From: a virus
IMG/VR virus record: IMGVR_UViG_3300021090_000016
Coordinates: 3,552 to 67,551 of that record
Length of the DNA: 64,000 nucleotides
Reading direction: 5' to 3' (one strand)
The notes below the pieces were generated by a model. That model made no database searches and was not told the DNA's origin. It saw only the letters and a program-made list of their open reading frames with translations. Below are positions 46,808 to 57,276 of this stretch, piece after piece. Each line of letters starts with the position of its first letter. Positions within the stretch are counted from its first letter, which is position 1. The position numbers and the translations under genes are program-made.

Positions 46808-48715
46808 ATGATCCACCCCCTCCAGCCAATCGTTGCGAAGTGGCAAGAGAAGATCCGCATGGCCCTGGACTATAAGAAGACGCACTTCCAGGAAGATGCT
46901 GACGAGGCGATGTTCTTCTTCGACGGCCCTTACGACGCGATGTACAGCCAGAGCAAGTCGAAGGATTCCAAGGGCTTTGTCTACCAGGGGGACGACTCCG
47001 ACTTTCCCAAGCCCAGCTTTGCGATGACGGTCAATAAGGTCGCGGAGTTGGTGCAGCTCTTTGGTCCCGCCTTGTATCACCGGAATCCTGTGCGGCAGGT
47101 CAATCCTCGCAAGCCGCCCCAGATGCCGCAAGAGTTCCTGATGATGTTGCCGCCTCAGATGCAGCAGCAGTACGGGATGGTGATGCAGCAGGCGGAGCAA
47201 GGTCGTTGGACGGATGCAGCCAGAGCTGAGGTGTTGCAGCACTATCTGAACTTCACGCCAACCGCGCTGAACCTTCAGGATCATTTCAGGAATATGATTG
47301 AGGAAGCGCTTATAAAGGGCATGGGTATTGTCTGGCCCGAGGTCTATCAGCCGATCGGCGCGCCGTACCGCATGGTCGGGAGCTTCTTCGATACTGTAGA
47401 CAACCTTGTGATTGACCCGGATGCTGAGTCGAAACGTGATGCAACATGGGTTGCACGTAAGTGTTGTCACCCAGTTTGGAGAGTCGAGGAAGAATACAAG
47501 AATCCAAGGGGAACCCTGCGCGGGAACCTGGAGTCAATGGATCGCCAGGCAGGGGTAAACACGGATAAGGATGGCGACTACTGGAGAAAACAGGGCCAGA
47601 CGAATGACCTGCTCGTCTACTGGAAGATTTACTCCAAGATGGGCATAGGTAATCGCCTGAGTGGCGTGAAGATTCGGAGCGAAGCCGATGCCGTGATGGA
47701 GTCGCTTGGAAAGTATTGCTTCCTGGTGATCGCTGATGAGATCCCATACCCTCTGAATCTGCCCACGTCACTGATTGAGACGGCGACCAGCGATGAAGAG
47801 ATCAAGCAGCGTCTGGAATGGCCAACGCCTTTTTGGGCGGAGGATGGCTGGCCATTCAGTGATCTTTCCTTCCACACAAAGCCTCGGCAGGTGTGGCCCA
47901 TCTCGCATATGAAGCCTGGTATGGGAGAGTTGAAGTTCATCAACTGGGCGATGAGTTTCTTGGCTGGCAAAGTGAAGATCGCATGCCGTGACTTCGTAGT
48001 CATTGCCAAGAGTGCCGGAGAGGAACTCAAGAGCATCATTCAGAACGGGCAGGACTACACACTTATAGAGCTTGAGAAGGCCCATGGAACCATCTCGGAA
48101 GTAGTCCAGTTCCTACAGCATCCCGGCTTCAATGGCGACATTTACAAGGTAATTGAGGCCGTAACTGAAAATTTTGAGAAGCGCGTTGGCCTGACCGACC
48201 TGGTGTTCGGCATGTCGAGTCGGCAGATGCGATCGGCGAGCGAGGCGCAGGTCAAGAGTGACCAAATCCAGATTCGCCCGGACGACATGGCACAGAAGAC
48301 AGAAGTAACCGCAACAGACGTTGCCCGAAAGGAAGCCTTGGCTTGCCGCTGGCACCTCAAGGCTCAGGACGTGCAGCAGGTGATGGGCAAGGAGGGATCG
48401 TACTGGTGGAGCCAGCTCGTGGAGTCGAGCGACCCGGCAGAGATTACGCATCAGCTCGAATATCGCATCGAGGCTGGTAGTGCCCGCAAGCCAAACAAGG
48501 AGCGGGACGCGCAGAACATGAAGGACGCGGTGCAGACGCTATTCCAGCCGCTGTTCACCTACGCTCAGGCAACTGGGAACGTGAATCCGCTTAATGCTCT
48601 CATCACTGACTGGGCCAAGAGCCTGGATATGGACCCGAGCAGGTACATACTGTCCACGCCGCCTCCACCTGAGCCGACAGGAAAGCCCACAGGACAGGGC
48701 CAACAGACCGCATGA
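46808..48715 (+). CDS. Portal protein (P22/podovirus-like)
   Basis: 635 aa downstream of terL; 'ALIKGMGIV', 'LVIDPDA', 'VGLTDLVFG...RSASEA', 'IEAGS'. Confidence 0.85.
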   Translation: MIHPLQPIVAKWQEKIRMALDYKKTHFQEDADEAMFFFDGPYDAMYSQSKSKDSKGFVYQGDDSDFPKPSFAMTVNKVAELVQLFGPALYHRNPVRQVNPRKPPQMPQEFLMMLPPQMQQQYGMVMQQAEQGRWTDAARAEVLQHYLNFTPTALNLQDHFRNMIEEALIKGMGIVWPEVYQPIGAPYRMVGSFFDTVDNLVIDPDAESKRDATWVARKCCHPVWRVEEEYKNPRGTLRGNLESMDRQAGVNTDKDGDYWRKQGQTNDLLVYWKIYSKMGIGNRLSGVKIRSEADAVMESLGKYCFLVIADEIPYPLNLPTSLIETATSDEEIKQRLEWPTPFWAEDGWPFSDLSFHTKPRQVWPISHMKPGMGELKFINWAMSFLAGKVKIACRDFVVIAKSAGEELKSIIQNGQDYTLIELEKAHGTISEVVQFLQHPGFNGDIYKVIEAVTENFEKRVGLTDLVFGMSSRQMRSASEAQVKSDQIQIRPDDMAQKTEVTATDVARKEALACRWHLKAQDVQQVMGKEGSYWWSQLVESSDPAEITHQLEYRIEAGSARKPNKERDAQNMKDAVQTLFQPLFTYAQATGNVNPLNALITDWAKSLDMDPSRYILSTPPPPEPTGKPTGQGQQTA

Positions 48716-48730
48716 TTAAATGGTGAAAAA

Positions 48731-49264
48731 ATGTCAATCATGGTGCTTGTTGGGATGTTGTTTCTGGCGGTCTGGTGCCTTGTTTTCGGCTGGGTATTTG
48801 GCTGGGCGCGCGGGTGGAAGGACTGGGTAAGTGCAGTAAAAAGGAGCAGGTCTGCCTCCAAAACAGGAGAAGCCGGCAGCATGAGCAAGTCCAATCTAGA
48901 GAAGATACAGGATACATTCGATGCCGATGAAGACACCAAGGAGATGGTCCTGATCGGTCAATTGCCAACAACCATCGCCGCTATTGCCGCAGAAGCCATG
49001 GAGAATAAGGACGGGCAATCGAAAACGTACAGAATTTCTCTTGGCAGCACTGAGCCATACATGCACATAGCTAGGTTAATCCAGGAGAGGTTTTTCCCTT
49101 CAGCACCACAGCTTGAAGCCGGCGGTTTTTCCAAGATGCTTGCAGGAGGCCCCATGCCTGCGTGGGTTGTAATCAGACAAGTGGCTATGCAAATAACAGA
49201 CAAAGCCAGAGAGCATGGCCACTACATTCCAGAATCAGAAGTAGAACTACTCGCTAACAAATGA
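48731..49264 (+). CDS. Hypothetical protein with N-terminal TM
   Basis: ORF track; slightly more AT-rich than its neighbours. Confidence 0.45.
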   Translation: MSIMVLVGMLFLAVWCLVFGWVFGWARGWKDWVSAVKRSRSASKTGEAGSMSKSNLEKIQDTFDADEDTKEMVLIGQLPTTIAAIAAEAMENKDGQSKTYRISLGSTEPYMHIARLIQERFFPSAPQLEAGGFSKMLAGGPMPAWVVIRQVAMQITDKAREHGHYIPESEVELLANK

Positions 49265-49540
49265 AACCGTCATGAGCGAATTTCAGTGCCCTTGCGGTAA
49301 CACAGTGCCGTTGGACTTGCTTCGATGGACGGCGTGTGTGCTAGGAAAGCCAGGCGACTTCGATCCTGGCGGCGTCCATAGATGGCAAAGGGTGTGCGAG
49401 GACTGTGCAATAGCCATACGACAACGGCGGGCGGTTTGCCTGCATGAGTACAAGACCTTTATGGTCAAGCGTGAGGATGGTTGCAAGGTTCCCCTCCTGG
49501 TCTGCCAGGGGTGTGGGCTCCAAAAAATGGGGAAGCCAAT

Positions 49541-50062
49541 ATGAGTTTGCCCAGGGTCAGTGATGACATGCAGATTCAGAGAGCCTATGAGGAGTGCCGA
49601 GACAACGGCTGCTCTCACATGCTCGCTGAGATGCTCGCCCTCCGTCAGCCTCCGATGAGCAAGACCGACCGAGAGTTCCTCGAAGGTCATTGCAACGGCA
49701 ACCAGTTCGAGCGCACGCCATACGCCGGAAACTACTATCGCAAGGTGGCCAAGAAGGCAGGCATGGACATCACCGGCAAGGTCTATCAGGCTGGTCTGGC
49801 TGAGTACCCTGGCGATCCGCATGCCTGGGTGTCAGGCAGGAGTGACGTAAAGCGGCGATGTGAAGAGAAGGGCTGGGGCTGCGATGGGGCGGTTACTTTG
49901 CCAGTCAGAAACATCAGGGCGCCAGACGAGATTGCTGTCGCAGATGACATCCTGGAGGAACGTGTCCAGGACGCCATTGATCAGCAGCCAGAGCTTGCAT
50001 CCAAGAGAGCTGAGCTTAAGCATGAGATCAAGGAAAAGATCAAGCCACACTGGTCCAAGTGA
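49541..50062 (+). CDS. Conserved phage hypothetical protein after the portal
   Basis: 'GLAEYPGDPHAWVS.RSDVKR.CE'. Confidence 0.6.
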   Translation: MSLPRVSDDMQIQRAYEECRDNGCSHMLAEMLALRQPPMSKTDREFLEGHCNGNQFERTPYAGNYYRKVAKKAGMDITGKVYQAGLAEYPGDPHAWVSGRSDVKRRCEEKGWGCDGAVTLPVRNIRAPDEIAVADDILEERVQDAIDQQPELASKRAELKHEIKEKIKPHWSK

Positions 50063-50075
50063 CAGAGGAGAAGCT

Positions 50076-50927
50076 GTGGCAAAGAAGAAATCGCAAGAAG
50101 TCCGCAATGTGGTGGTCATCAGCGACACCCATATCGGGTGTCGGGTTGGCTTGTGCCACCCGGATGGCGCAACGCTGGACGATGGCGGGCTCTACTTGCC
50201 ATCCAAACATCAGCGAACCGTCTGGTCATACTGGGAGGAATTCTGGGGAGAGTGGGTTCCAAGAGCGACACACAACGAGCCATTTGCGGTTGTACACAAT
50301 GGGGATGTAATCGACGGTGTTCATCACAATTCCACGACCCAATGGTCGCACAATCTGGAAGACCAGGCAGAGCACGCCTACAAGATTCTAAAGCCAATCG
50401 TGGACCTGTGTGAAGGGCGATTCTTTCAGATCAGGGGCACCGAAGCACACGTTGGAAAGTCGGCTGTTGACGAGGAGAGGCTTGCCAAGCGTCTTGGTGC
50501 CATTCCGAACGATGAAGGGCAGTTTGCTCGATACGAGCTGTGGCTGCGTCTGGCGGGCAAGCTATGCCACTTCCTGCACCACGTTGGGACCACTAGCTCA
50601 GGTCAGCACGAGTCGAGCGCCGTGAACGCTGAGCTTGCAGCCATGTACCTTGAGGCTGGTCGCTGGGGAGAGGAGCCTCCTCATGTGGTTGTCAGAAGCC
50701 ATCGCCACTCCTCCATCGAGGTTAGGCTCCCGTCTGATGATGGCTACGCCATTGTGTTCGTAACGCCGGCTTGGCAGCTGAAGACACCGTTTGCATGGCG
50801 GGCTGCTGGCCCGAGGGTCAAGACGCCACAGCTCGGCGGGTCATTAATCCGTGCTGGTGATGAAGAACTGCATACCAGGCACCGTGTCTGGAAGATCAAG
50901 AGGTCGAAGGAGGTTATCCTTGGCTGA
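50076..50927 (+). CDS. Calcineurin-like metallophosphoesterase
   Basis: 'ISDTHIG', 'NGDVIDG', 'GTEAH', 'HH', 'SHRH'; GAGGAG RBS. Confidence 0.85.
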   Translation: MAKKKSQEVRNVVVISDTHIGCRVGLCHPDGATLDDGGLYLPSKHQRTVWSYWEEFWGEWVPRATHNEPFAVVHNGDVIDGVHHNSTTQWSHNLEDQAEHAYKILKPIVDLCEGRFFQIRGTEAHVGKSAVDEERLAKRLGAIPNDEGQFARYELWLRLAGKLCHFLHHVGTTSSGQHESSAVNAELAAMYLEAGRWGEEPPHVVVRSHRHSSIEVRLPSDDGYAIVFVTPAWQLKTPFAWRAAGPRVKTPQLGGSLIRAGDEELHTRHRVWKIKRSKEVILG

Positions 50928-51210
50928 GAACATCATCACGGTTGAAGAATGGCTGCAAGAATTGAGGCGTGTCAGCGAGGTCAAGGGCGACGGGAACGAC
51001 GCACTTACTGTCCGGGAAATGTCATCACTTACTGGGAAGCACGTTAGCTGGGTAAGGGAGCAGGTTCGCAAAGGTCTGCAAGACGGGTCGATCGTGCCAA
51101 CCAAAAAGCCATTCGTTGGGATAAATGGTTACACGGTTCCAGTCCCGGCTTATCGAATCGTCGGCAAGAAGAAAAAGGGGATGAGTCATGGTGCTATCAA
51201 ACAAGGTTGA
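50920..51210 (+). CDS. Small HTH DNA-binding protein
   Basis: 'LTVREMSSLTGKHVSWVREQV'; GGAGG RBS with TTG start. Confidence 0.55.
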   Translation: MAENIITVEEWLQELRRVSEVKGDGNDALTVREMSSLTGKHVSWVREQVRKGLQDGSIVPTKKPFVGINGYTVPVPAYRIVGKKKKGMSHGAIKQG

Positions 51211-51577
51211 GAACTATCTTGCGATCGTGATGTCCGACCCGGCGATCGGTCGTGAGATTTTCGCCGCCCTCAAAGCAGCAACAACGCTTGTTGATGCCGG
51301 CGCTCAGGTGTCTGCGTACACCCAGACTTATTCCACGGCTAACAAGACGCATGCTGATCCAACGGCGGCCGCACTGGGCGGGTCACTGACCGGCACGCTG
51401 GACAACATCCTTGCCGACGTTAGCGGCGCGTTCGATGCGACGGCAATTGCCACCATCAACAAGAACTTCAAGGAATTCCAGGACGAGCTGACAAAGATGG
51501 TCGCTGACATGGCGGACATCAAGCAGCTTGTCAACAGCGTCATCGACGATCTACAGACGCTTGAACTGCTTCATTAA
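51188..51577 (+). CDS. Head-fiber-like virion protein
   Basis: C-terminal 'LVNSVIDDLQTLELL' coiled motif. Confidence 0.45.
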   Translation: MVLSNKVENYLAIVMSDPAIGREIFAALKAATTLVDAGAQVSAYTQTYSTANKTHADPTAAALGGSLTGTLDNILADVSGAFDATAIATINKNFKEFQDELTKMVADMADIKQLVNSVIDDLQTLELLH

Positions 51578-51594
51578 CACGCGGAGGTACAGCC

Positions 51595-51843
51595 ATGATC
51601 GTACTGGCTTGGCTGGCTGCCTTCGTAATTGCTATAGGGGTTGATTACTCTTATGCCCGCTGGGTCATCGCTCTCGCCGGAAGAAGGCGAGCCTCCGCCG
51701 CCTTCTTTTCTGCTCTGTGTACCGTGCTGGGGACTGTTTCCGTCGTGGTATGCGTTGGCGAGTATTCTGCCATCATTCCGACGGCTTTTGGTCATGCCCT
51801 GGGGACGTGGATAGCTGTAGGGCCACCCCGAGATGAGGACTGA
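51595..51843 (+). CDS. Small multi-TM membrane protein
   Basis: Three hydrophobic segments; GGAGG RBS. Confidence 0.55.
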   Translation: MIVLAWLAAFVIAIGVDYSYARWVIALAGRRRASAAFFSALCTVLGTVSVVVCVGEYSAIIPTAFGHALGTWIAVGPPRDED

Positions 51844-51845
51844 AC

Positions 51846-52811
51846 GTGGCAGTCGAAGTCTTTTCCAATGATGCTGTCAGCCCGCTCAACGGCGCGATCG
51901 ACGACAACGATCTAACGCTGATAGTGGACAGCGCGTCTGACTTCCCTGCGACTGGCAACTTCCGCATCAAGATCGATGATGAGATCATGCTGGTTACTGG
52001 CGTCTCCAGCAACACGTTTACGGTCACGCGCGCTCAGGAGGGCACTGCCGCTGCCAGCCACCTCGACAATGCCACGGTGGCTCATGTGCTGACGGCTGGA
52101 GCTTTGGACACTCGCCTCATAGATGAGGTGTATACGGACACCTACGCCAACCGCCTGGCGGTGGCGAAGTCGGGGCGGCTGTTCCTGCCAAACAACGGCT
52201 TCCAGATCGAGAGGGACACCGGGGCAGCATGGGCACCGTGGGGACCGCTGTTCCCACTCACGGCTCCAGTGAGCAACGACTTCGCTTGGATCAACCAGGG
52301 CAGTGCTTCGATAACGACGACGAATGGAGGCATCTATCTGCTGGCCCCAGCCCATACTGGCATCGACTACAAAGTCAGGAAGAAGGCGGCGCCGGCAACG
52401 CCGTACACGATCACGGCTGCCTTCTTGCCACAGGTACGGTCGCTCGACAACCATTCATGCGGGTTGCTTTTCCGCCAGTCTTCAGATGGAAAACTTGCCG
52501 CCCTTGCCTATGTCCATGCCACCAGCGCAATGAACTTCCAGTCGCTGAAGCTGACAAGTCCTACGGCGTTCAGCGCCCAGTACACGATCGAGACTGTTCG
52601 CCAGGGATTTGGGCCTCTGATGTTCATGAGGATTGCGGACAACGGCACCAGCCGGATTGTTTCGTACAGTGTGGACGGAGTGAATTTCATGGCGCTCCAC
52701 ACGGTAGGCAGAACTGATTTTCTCACGGCTGATGAAGTAGGATTCTTCTCAAACAGTGACACCACGGGCGGTGATGCCGCTATGACTCTCCTGAGTTGGA
52801 AGCAAGCATAG
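51846..52811 (+). CDS. Tail fiber/spike-like virion protein with lectin-like C-terminus
   Basis: 'IDDEIMLVT....TFTVTRAQEGTAAASH' virion module. Confidence 0.6.
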   Translation: MAVEVFSNDAVSPLNGAIDDNDLTLIVDSASDFPATGNFRIKIDDEIMLVTGVSSNTFTVTRAQEGTAAASHLDNATVAHVLTAGALDTRLIDEVYTDTYANRLAVAKSGRLFLPNNGFQIERDTGAAWAPWGPLFPLTAPVSNDFAWINQGSASITTTNGGIYLLAPAHTGIDYKVRKKAAPATPYTITAAFLPQVRSLDNHSCGLLFRQSSDGKLAALAYVHATSAMNFQSLKLTSPTAFSAQYTIETVRQGFGPLMFMRIADNGTSRIVSYSVDGVNFMALHTVGRTDFLTADEVGFFSNSDTTGGDAAMTLLSWKQA

Positions 52812-52823
52812 GAGATTCCAACC

Positions 52824-53309
52824 ATGCCAGGCGGACCGATATTTCCACGAAGCGACTACCCAGTCACTGCTGATCGTGTGTTCCCGAACATCCACGTTGG
52901 AGCCGGGGCGAACTCGAAACACGAACGGGGTTTCGGTGTCGAAGCCAGCGTTGGAGCCGATTCTACCTGGCGTCTTCGGTTCCAGATGCCAACCACGCTG
53001 CCGAGCGGTACGGGGAAGCTGAGGCTACGGGCTCTCGCTAACGCAACGAGTGGTGTGGCCAAAGTCAATCCCAAGTGGGTATCTGTCGCTATAGAAGAAG
53101 ACCCAAGCTCGGCAACGCTGGTTGCTGAGGGGACATCGACGTTGACCTGGGCGGCTGGAGACAACGACCAGTACAAAGAGCTTCTCATCACGCTCGACGC
53201 TGACACGCTGGTAGCCAGCGAAGAGGTTATCATGGATCTGGTCTTTGAGACCGCTTCCTGGACATTGGCTGCTGTAAGCACCTGGATTCCTTCGATTATT
53301 TGGGAGTGA
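52824..53309 (+). CDS. Virion structural protein (beta-rich)
   Basis: AGGAG RBS; tail-region context. Confidence 0.5.
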   Translation: MPGGPIFPRSDYPVTADRVFPNIHVGAGANSKHERGFGVEASVGADSTWRLRFQMPTTLPSGTGKLRLRALANATSGVAKVNPKWVSVAIEEDPSSATLVAEGTSTLTWAAGDNDQYKELLITLDADTLVASEEVIMDLVFETASWTLAAVSTWIPSIIWE

Positions 53310-53314
53310 TTGTC

Positions 53315-53581
53315 ATGGCTTTAACTGGCGCCGAGTCTCTGAAGATCGCTCGACAACTCGGACGTGAAATCTTTACAAGAACGAGTTCTACCGCCACTCT
53401 CTCGACTGACGATCTCAAGGCGGCGGCGAATGATCTTGAGGCGTTTATTGTTGCCAACGCTGCTGCCATAAACTCATCCTTGCCGCTTCCATTCCGCACC
53501 GTGGCGACGATTCAACAGAAGCGGTTGTTGTTGGCCCTGGTCGCAATCCATTTGTCTGGGATACTCGATCTTGGGGGCTGA
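53315..53581 (+). CDS. Hypothetical protein
   Basis: GGAG RBS. Confidence 0.5.
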   Translation: MALTGAESLKIARQLGREIFTRTSSTATLSTDDLKAAANDLEAFIVANAAAINSSLPLPFRTVATIQQKRLLLALVAIHLSGILDLGG

Positions 53582-53584
53582 CAA

Positions 53585-54757
53585 ATGGCCAGGAGCTTCG
53601 GGGCTGCCTCCGACCAGGTGGCTTACAATCATGCTCTGCCGACGACTACGGGAACGGTGGCCCTGTGGTTCAGGCCAAATTGGGCGCAGACGGACAACGC
53701 CGACCATGTGATGTTCGATGGTCGTGTCACGGGGGACTACTTCCGAATTCAGAAATGGACGGACAACAAGCTCTACGTTGGCTGGTTCAATGGTTTGCTG
53801 GCTATAGCCAGCGGTAGTTATACCATAAACCAGAATGCCTGGAACAGCATCATAATCGTTTGGAGCGATTTATCAAACGTCCTTACCTGTTACCTCAACG
53901 GAACTCAGATCGGGCAATTGACCTCGGCGTTCACCACCTCAACGCTGACGAGCGAAAGGATTGGCAACTACGACAGCGATTATCAGTCACAGGTGGACTT
54001 CGATGGAAGGATAGCCGAGTTCGTCGTCTGGGGGGTCGAGCTGAACGCAAATGATATAGCTTCTTATCACAAAGGTTGTCTGGCGTGGGACATACGGCGT
54101 AGTTCTCTCAGAGACTATTTCCCACTTGAAGGAATAGCGAGTCCTGAACCGAACTACGGAAGTACGCCGAGTGCGTCTGGAACGCTGACGGGGACTGCGA
54201 GAGCTAACCATGCCCCCGTGGTCCTGTTTAGAGTGACTGGATGGGGCTCTTATGAGCAAACCCCAGCAAAGGCGACGTTCTCGAATTCGATCACGCTGAC
54301 ACCCAGCTTTGCGCCGGCTCCTGTGATCGTCAGTGCGTTTACGGGGATGCTTGGAACTGGTATCAGCCGGCTGGGAAACATTATACTGGCGTTCGACAGC
54401 ACGTTGGCTACAGAGTTCTCAAGCTCGCTCACGCTCACTCCAACGTGGCTTCTTTCAAAAAGCAGGGTGTCATTCGATAGCACGATCACGCTTACGCCAA
54501 CGCTATTTCCAACGAGGGTAGGCGCGTTCTTTGATAGTTCGCTGACCCTAACATCGACGCTGTTTCCTTTGCGGGTGGGAGTGTTCTTTAGCAGTTCATT
54601 CACGCTTACGCCAGTGTTTTTCCCTGAAACAATTGGCGCGTCTTTCAACAGTGCGTTCACGCTGACAGACGAGTTTACGCTTGAGTCGGTGACTACGCAG
54701 ATATATGAGGGAAGCGGCAGCCTTACGGGCGGATTCCAAGTGATGGGCGGGCTGTAA
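53585..54757 (+). CDS. LamG/concanavalin-like domain virion protein with C-terminal 19-aa repeats
   Basis: 'TVALWFRP', 'W..IIIVW', 'YLNG', 'FDGRIAEFVVW'; FxSxxTLTP repeats. Confidence 0.75.
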   Translation: MARSFGAASDQVAYNHALPTTTGTVALWFRPNWAQTDNADHVMFDGRVTGDYFRIQKWTDNKLYVGWFNGLLAIASGSYTINQNAWNSIIIVWSDLSNVLTCYLNGTQIGQLTSAFTTSTLTSERIGNYDSDYQSQVDFDGRIAEFVVWGVELNANDIASYHKGCLAWDIRRSSLRDYFPLEGIASPEPNYGSTPSASGTLTGTARANHAPVVLFRVTGWGSYEQTPAKATFSNSITLTPSFAPAPVIVSAFTGMLGTGISRLGNIILAFDSTLATEFSSSLTLTPTWLLSKSRVSFDSTITLTPTLFPTRVGAFFDSSLTLTSTLFPLRVGVFFSSSFTLTPVFFPETIGASFNSAFTLTDEFTLESVTTQIYEGSGSLTGGFQVMGGL

Positions 54758-54758
54758 G

Positions 54759-55349
54759 ATGTACCAGTTCGATCCTGACGACACCGACGTATCAGTCTAC
54801 GTCCGACTGAGGGACGATGATGATGGTCTGCCCAAGACAGGGCTGGTATTCAACTCAGCTGGCGTGCAGTGCTCGTACACGCGAGCCGGTGGATTGGCAA
54901 CAACGATTAGTCTGGTCACGCTGGCGGCGGCAGACTCCGCCCACTCGGACGGAGGCTTCAAGGAACTGGACGCGACCAAGGCGCAGGGTGTGTACAGGAT
55001 TGACTTGCCGGACGCTGTGTGCGCTCAGGGTGTAAAGTTCGCCATTGTGAGCATTAAGTTTGATGATGTGATCGCTGAATCTGTCATAGTCTTGCTTCGG
55101 CGTACACCAGCAGGGGCTGGGTCGATTGAATTCACGATCACTGTCAACAACGATGATACCGGAAACCCAATCGCCGGGGCTTCTGTCTGGGTCACGAGCG
55201 ATGCAGCGGGCACCAACGTCATCGCGGGCACGCTGGCAACCGATGCAGCGGGCCAGGTCACGTTCTTCTTGGATGCTGGGACGGCTTACGTCTGGGTGGC
55301 TGCCGAGGACTACACGGGGACGAATCCTACGCAAGTTACTGTGAGCTGA
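54759..55349 (+). CDS. Virion protein (Ig-like domains)
   Basis: 'GVYRIDLPDA', 'PIAGASVWV...TDAAGQVTFFLDAGT'. Confidence 0.6.
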   Translation: MYQFDPDDTDVSVYVRLRDDDDGLPKTGLVFNSAGVQCSYTRAGGLATTISLVTLAAADSAHSDGGFKELDATKAQGVYRIDLPDAVCAQGVKFAIVSIKFDDVIAESVIVLLRRTPAGAGSIEFTITVNNDDTGNPIAGASVWVTSDAAGTNVIAGTLATDAAGQVTFFLDAGTAYVWVAAEDYTGTNPTQVTVS

Positions 55350-55350
55350 C

Positions 55351-56586
55351 ATGGCAACGTCTGCAACAATCACCCTGGAACCAACCTCTGCTCCGGCACC
55401 GGCAGCACAGCAGACACCCCACACAGAGAGGACAACCTACTGGGACATGGTTGAATATCTCCGGGACTTCCTGGGGGCAGACGTACAGGGTGTTGTGCCT
55501 CGCGTGGTCAAGCGGGCTATTCACTCAGCATTGCGTCAGATCCCGAACGAGCACAACTGGAGCTACTTCTACACTCACGGAAGGGTGAACCTGAACGCTC
55601 CCCAGGACGATGGCACGATCGCATTTGATCTCACGGGCGGGGCGCAGGAGAGGATGGTCACGCTGACCGGGGCAACCTGGCCAGCCTGGGCGGCGAGCAG
55701 TGGCTACCTGCGAATCAACAACGTGATCTACCAGATCGATCGCAGGGTTTCATCGACCGTTCTGGTTCTCGACCCAGTTCTGACGCCGACAGAGGACATC
55801 GCGGCATTGACGGAGTACACGCTGTTCTCAGACACGTACTTGCTCCCAGAAGACTTCATCTCGATGGACCGGGGGCTGAACGAAGACAACTGGTACGGCA
55901 TGTCCTGGGTCCATCCGAGGGAATGGCTGGAGATTACCCGATACGTTGACAGCTTCAGCAACTCCCCGAGATTCTTCAGCATTACGGGATCGCCTGATGT
56001 TCCGGGACGCATGGCGCTGCGAGTGTTCCCTTACCCGGACACGGCTCGTAGCCTTGACTTCCTTTACAAGCGGCGTCCCAGGACAGCGACGATCGATCAG
56101 TACACCACGGGGACGGTGACTGTAACAGCCGGAAGCACGACGGTATCTGGCAGCCAGACGGCATTCACCAGTGCGATGGAGGGCTCGGTGATCCGGCTGT
56201 CCACAGATGCAGTTAACCTGCCAAGTGGCCTGGATGGCGATAGCCCGTTTTCGGTTGAGCGGACGGTGAAGACTGTCACCAACTCAACTTCGCTGGAGGT
56301 TGACGAAGCGATTGACGTGGCGCACACCGGCGTCAAGTACAGGCTGTCAGACCCGGTTGACGTGGAAGACGGGGCGATGCTGGAGGCGTTCTATCGCTTG
56401 AGTGAGATGCACGCTGGCATCCAGCGGAAGCACAAGGACCGGATGGTTCTGGAGAAGGCGTACACGGATGCCATGATTCTAGCCAAGGAAGCTGATTGCA
56501 GGGTGTTCCAGGTGAGGGTGGTTGGCCAGCAGAGGGGGTTCCGACAGCGGTTGGCGGACATGCCAAGTGGTCCTGACGTGAGCTAG
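55351..56586 (+). CDS. Head-tail adaptor / tail tubular protein A-like
   Basis: 'HNWSY', 'YLLPEDF', 'PRFF...VFPYPD' motifs. Confidence 0.65.
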   Translation: MATSATITLEPTSAPAPAAQQTPHTERTTYWDMVEYLRDFLGADVQGVVPRVVKRAIHSALRQIPNEHNWSYFYTHGRVNLNAPQDDGTIAFDLTGGAQERMVTLTGATWPAWAASSGYLRINNVIYQIDRRVSSTVLVLDPVLTPTEDIAALTEYTLFSDTYLLPEDFISMDRGLNEDNWYGMSWVHPREWLEITRYVDSFSNSPRFFSITGSPDVPGRMALRVFPYPDTARSLDFLYKRRPRTATIDQYTTGTVTVTAGSTTVSGSQTAFTSAMEGSVIRLSTDAVNLPSGLDGDSPFSVERTVKTVTNSTSLEVDEAIDVAHTGVKYRLSDPVDVEDGAMLEAFYRLSEMHAGIQRKHKDRMVLEKAYTDAMILAKEADCRVFQVRVVGQQRGFRQRLADMPSGPDVS

Positions 56587-56798
56587 TCATGGAGATCTTC
56601 AAAGTAGATGGCAAGTATCTGAACCTGGAAGCTGTTGCAGCTTGCGTAGCCAAGCGTTCTCAGAATGGTCAACTCAGCAGCGTCCACGTCAATATGATGG
56701 GCGGCATGAAGTATGTGCTAATAGGATCGGATGCCGTGACGTTTCTGGTATGGATGGAAAAGAACAAGAACCTGAACGCATAGCCAGGAGTATCGTAC

Positions 56799-57095
56799 AT
56801 GCTTTCCATTGTACTTTTCGTGTCGCTGCTCGCCATCCCAGGAGCACCTCCAACGGTGGACGACTCCAAGAAGGTGGAGGCGGTGAATAGACCGCCAGAC
56901 ATGGGCGGCTTTGTTGGAAGCATCAGCATGGGAGGGAGGCTGGCGATCATGGATGGCACACTGGTTGTCTTTGATGGCAAGCCTGCTGTCTGGGAAGATG
57001 TCCCAGATGAGGGGACGGAGCTTGTGGAAATCACCATCGACGTGAAAAGAAGGATGGTCATTCGCATCGTGTACAAGACGTTGAAGGACTTCTGA
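56799..57095 (+). CDS. Hypothetical secreted protein
   Basis: Signal-peptide-like N-terminus; AGGAG RBS. Confidence 0.5.
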   Translation: MLSIVLFVSLLAIPGAPPTVDDSKKVEAVNRPPDMGGFVGSISMGGRLAIMDGTLVVFDGKPAVWEDVPDEGTELVEITIDVKRRMVIRIVYKTLKDF

Positions 57096-57096
57096 C

Positions 57097-57273
57097 ATGG
57101 CTGAGCAGCCTCGCAAGAGCGTGGAGATCAAGGACTTCCCTGGGCTCATGAACGACATGGACCCAGACGACATTCCACCTGGCGCAGCCGAGGTGCAGAT
57201 CAACGCAACCTGCGTCCAGGTTGGCCAGCTCACTGTGCGTTCCGGTCTTCGCCTTGTTTCCTTTGAGGATTGA
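57097..57273 (+). CDS. 58-aa protein resembling the N-terminus of podovirus tail nozzle proteins
   Basis: Hand-translated 'IKDFPGLMNDMDPDDIPPGAA...N....GQLTVRSG'. Confidence 0.6.
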   Translation: MAEQPRKSVEIKDFPGLMNDMDPDDIPPGAAEVQINATCVQVGQLTVRSGLRLVSFED

Positions 57274-57276
57274 GTG

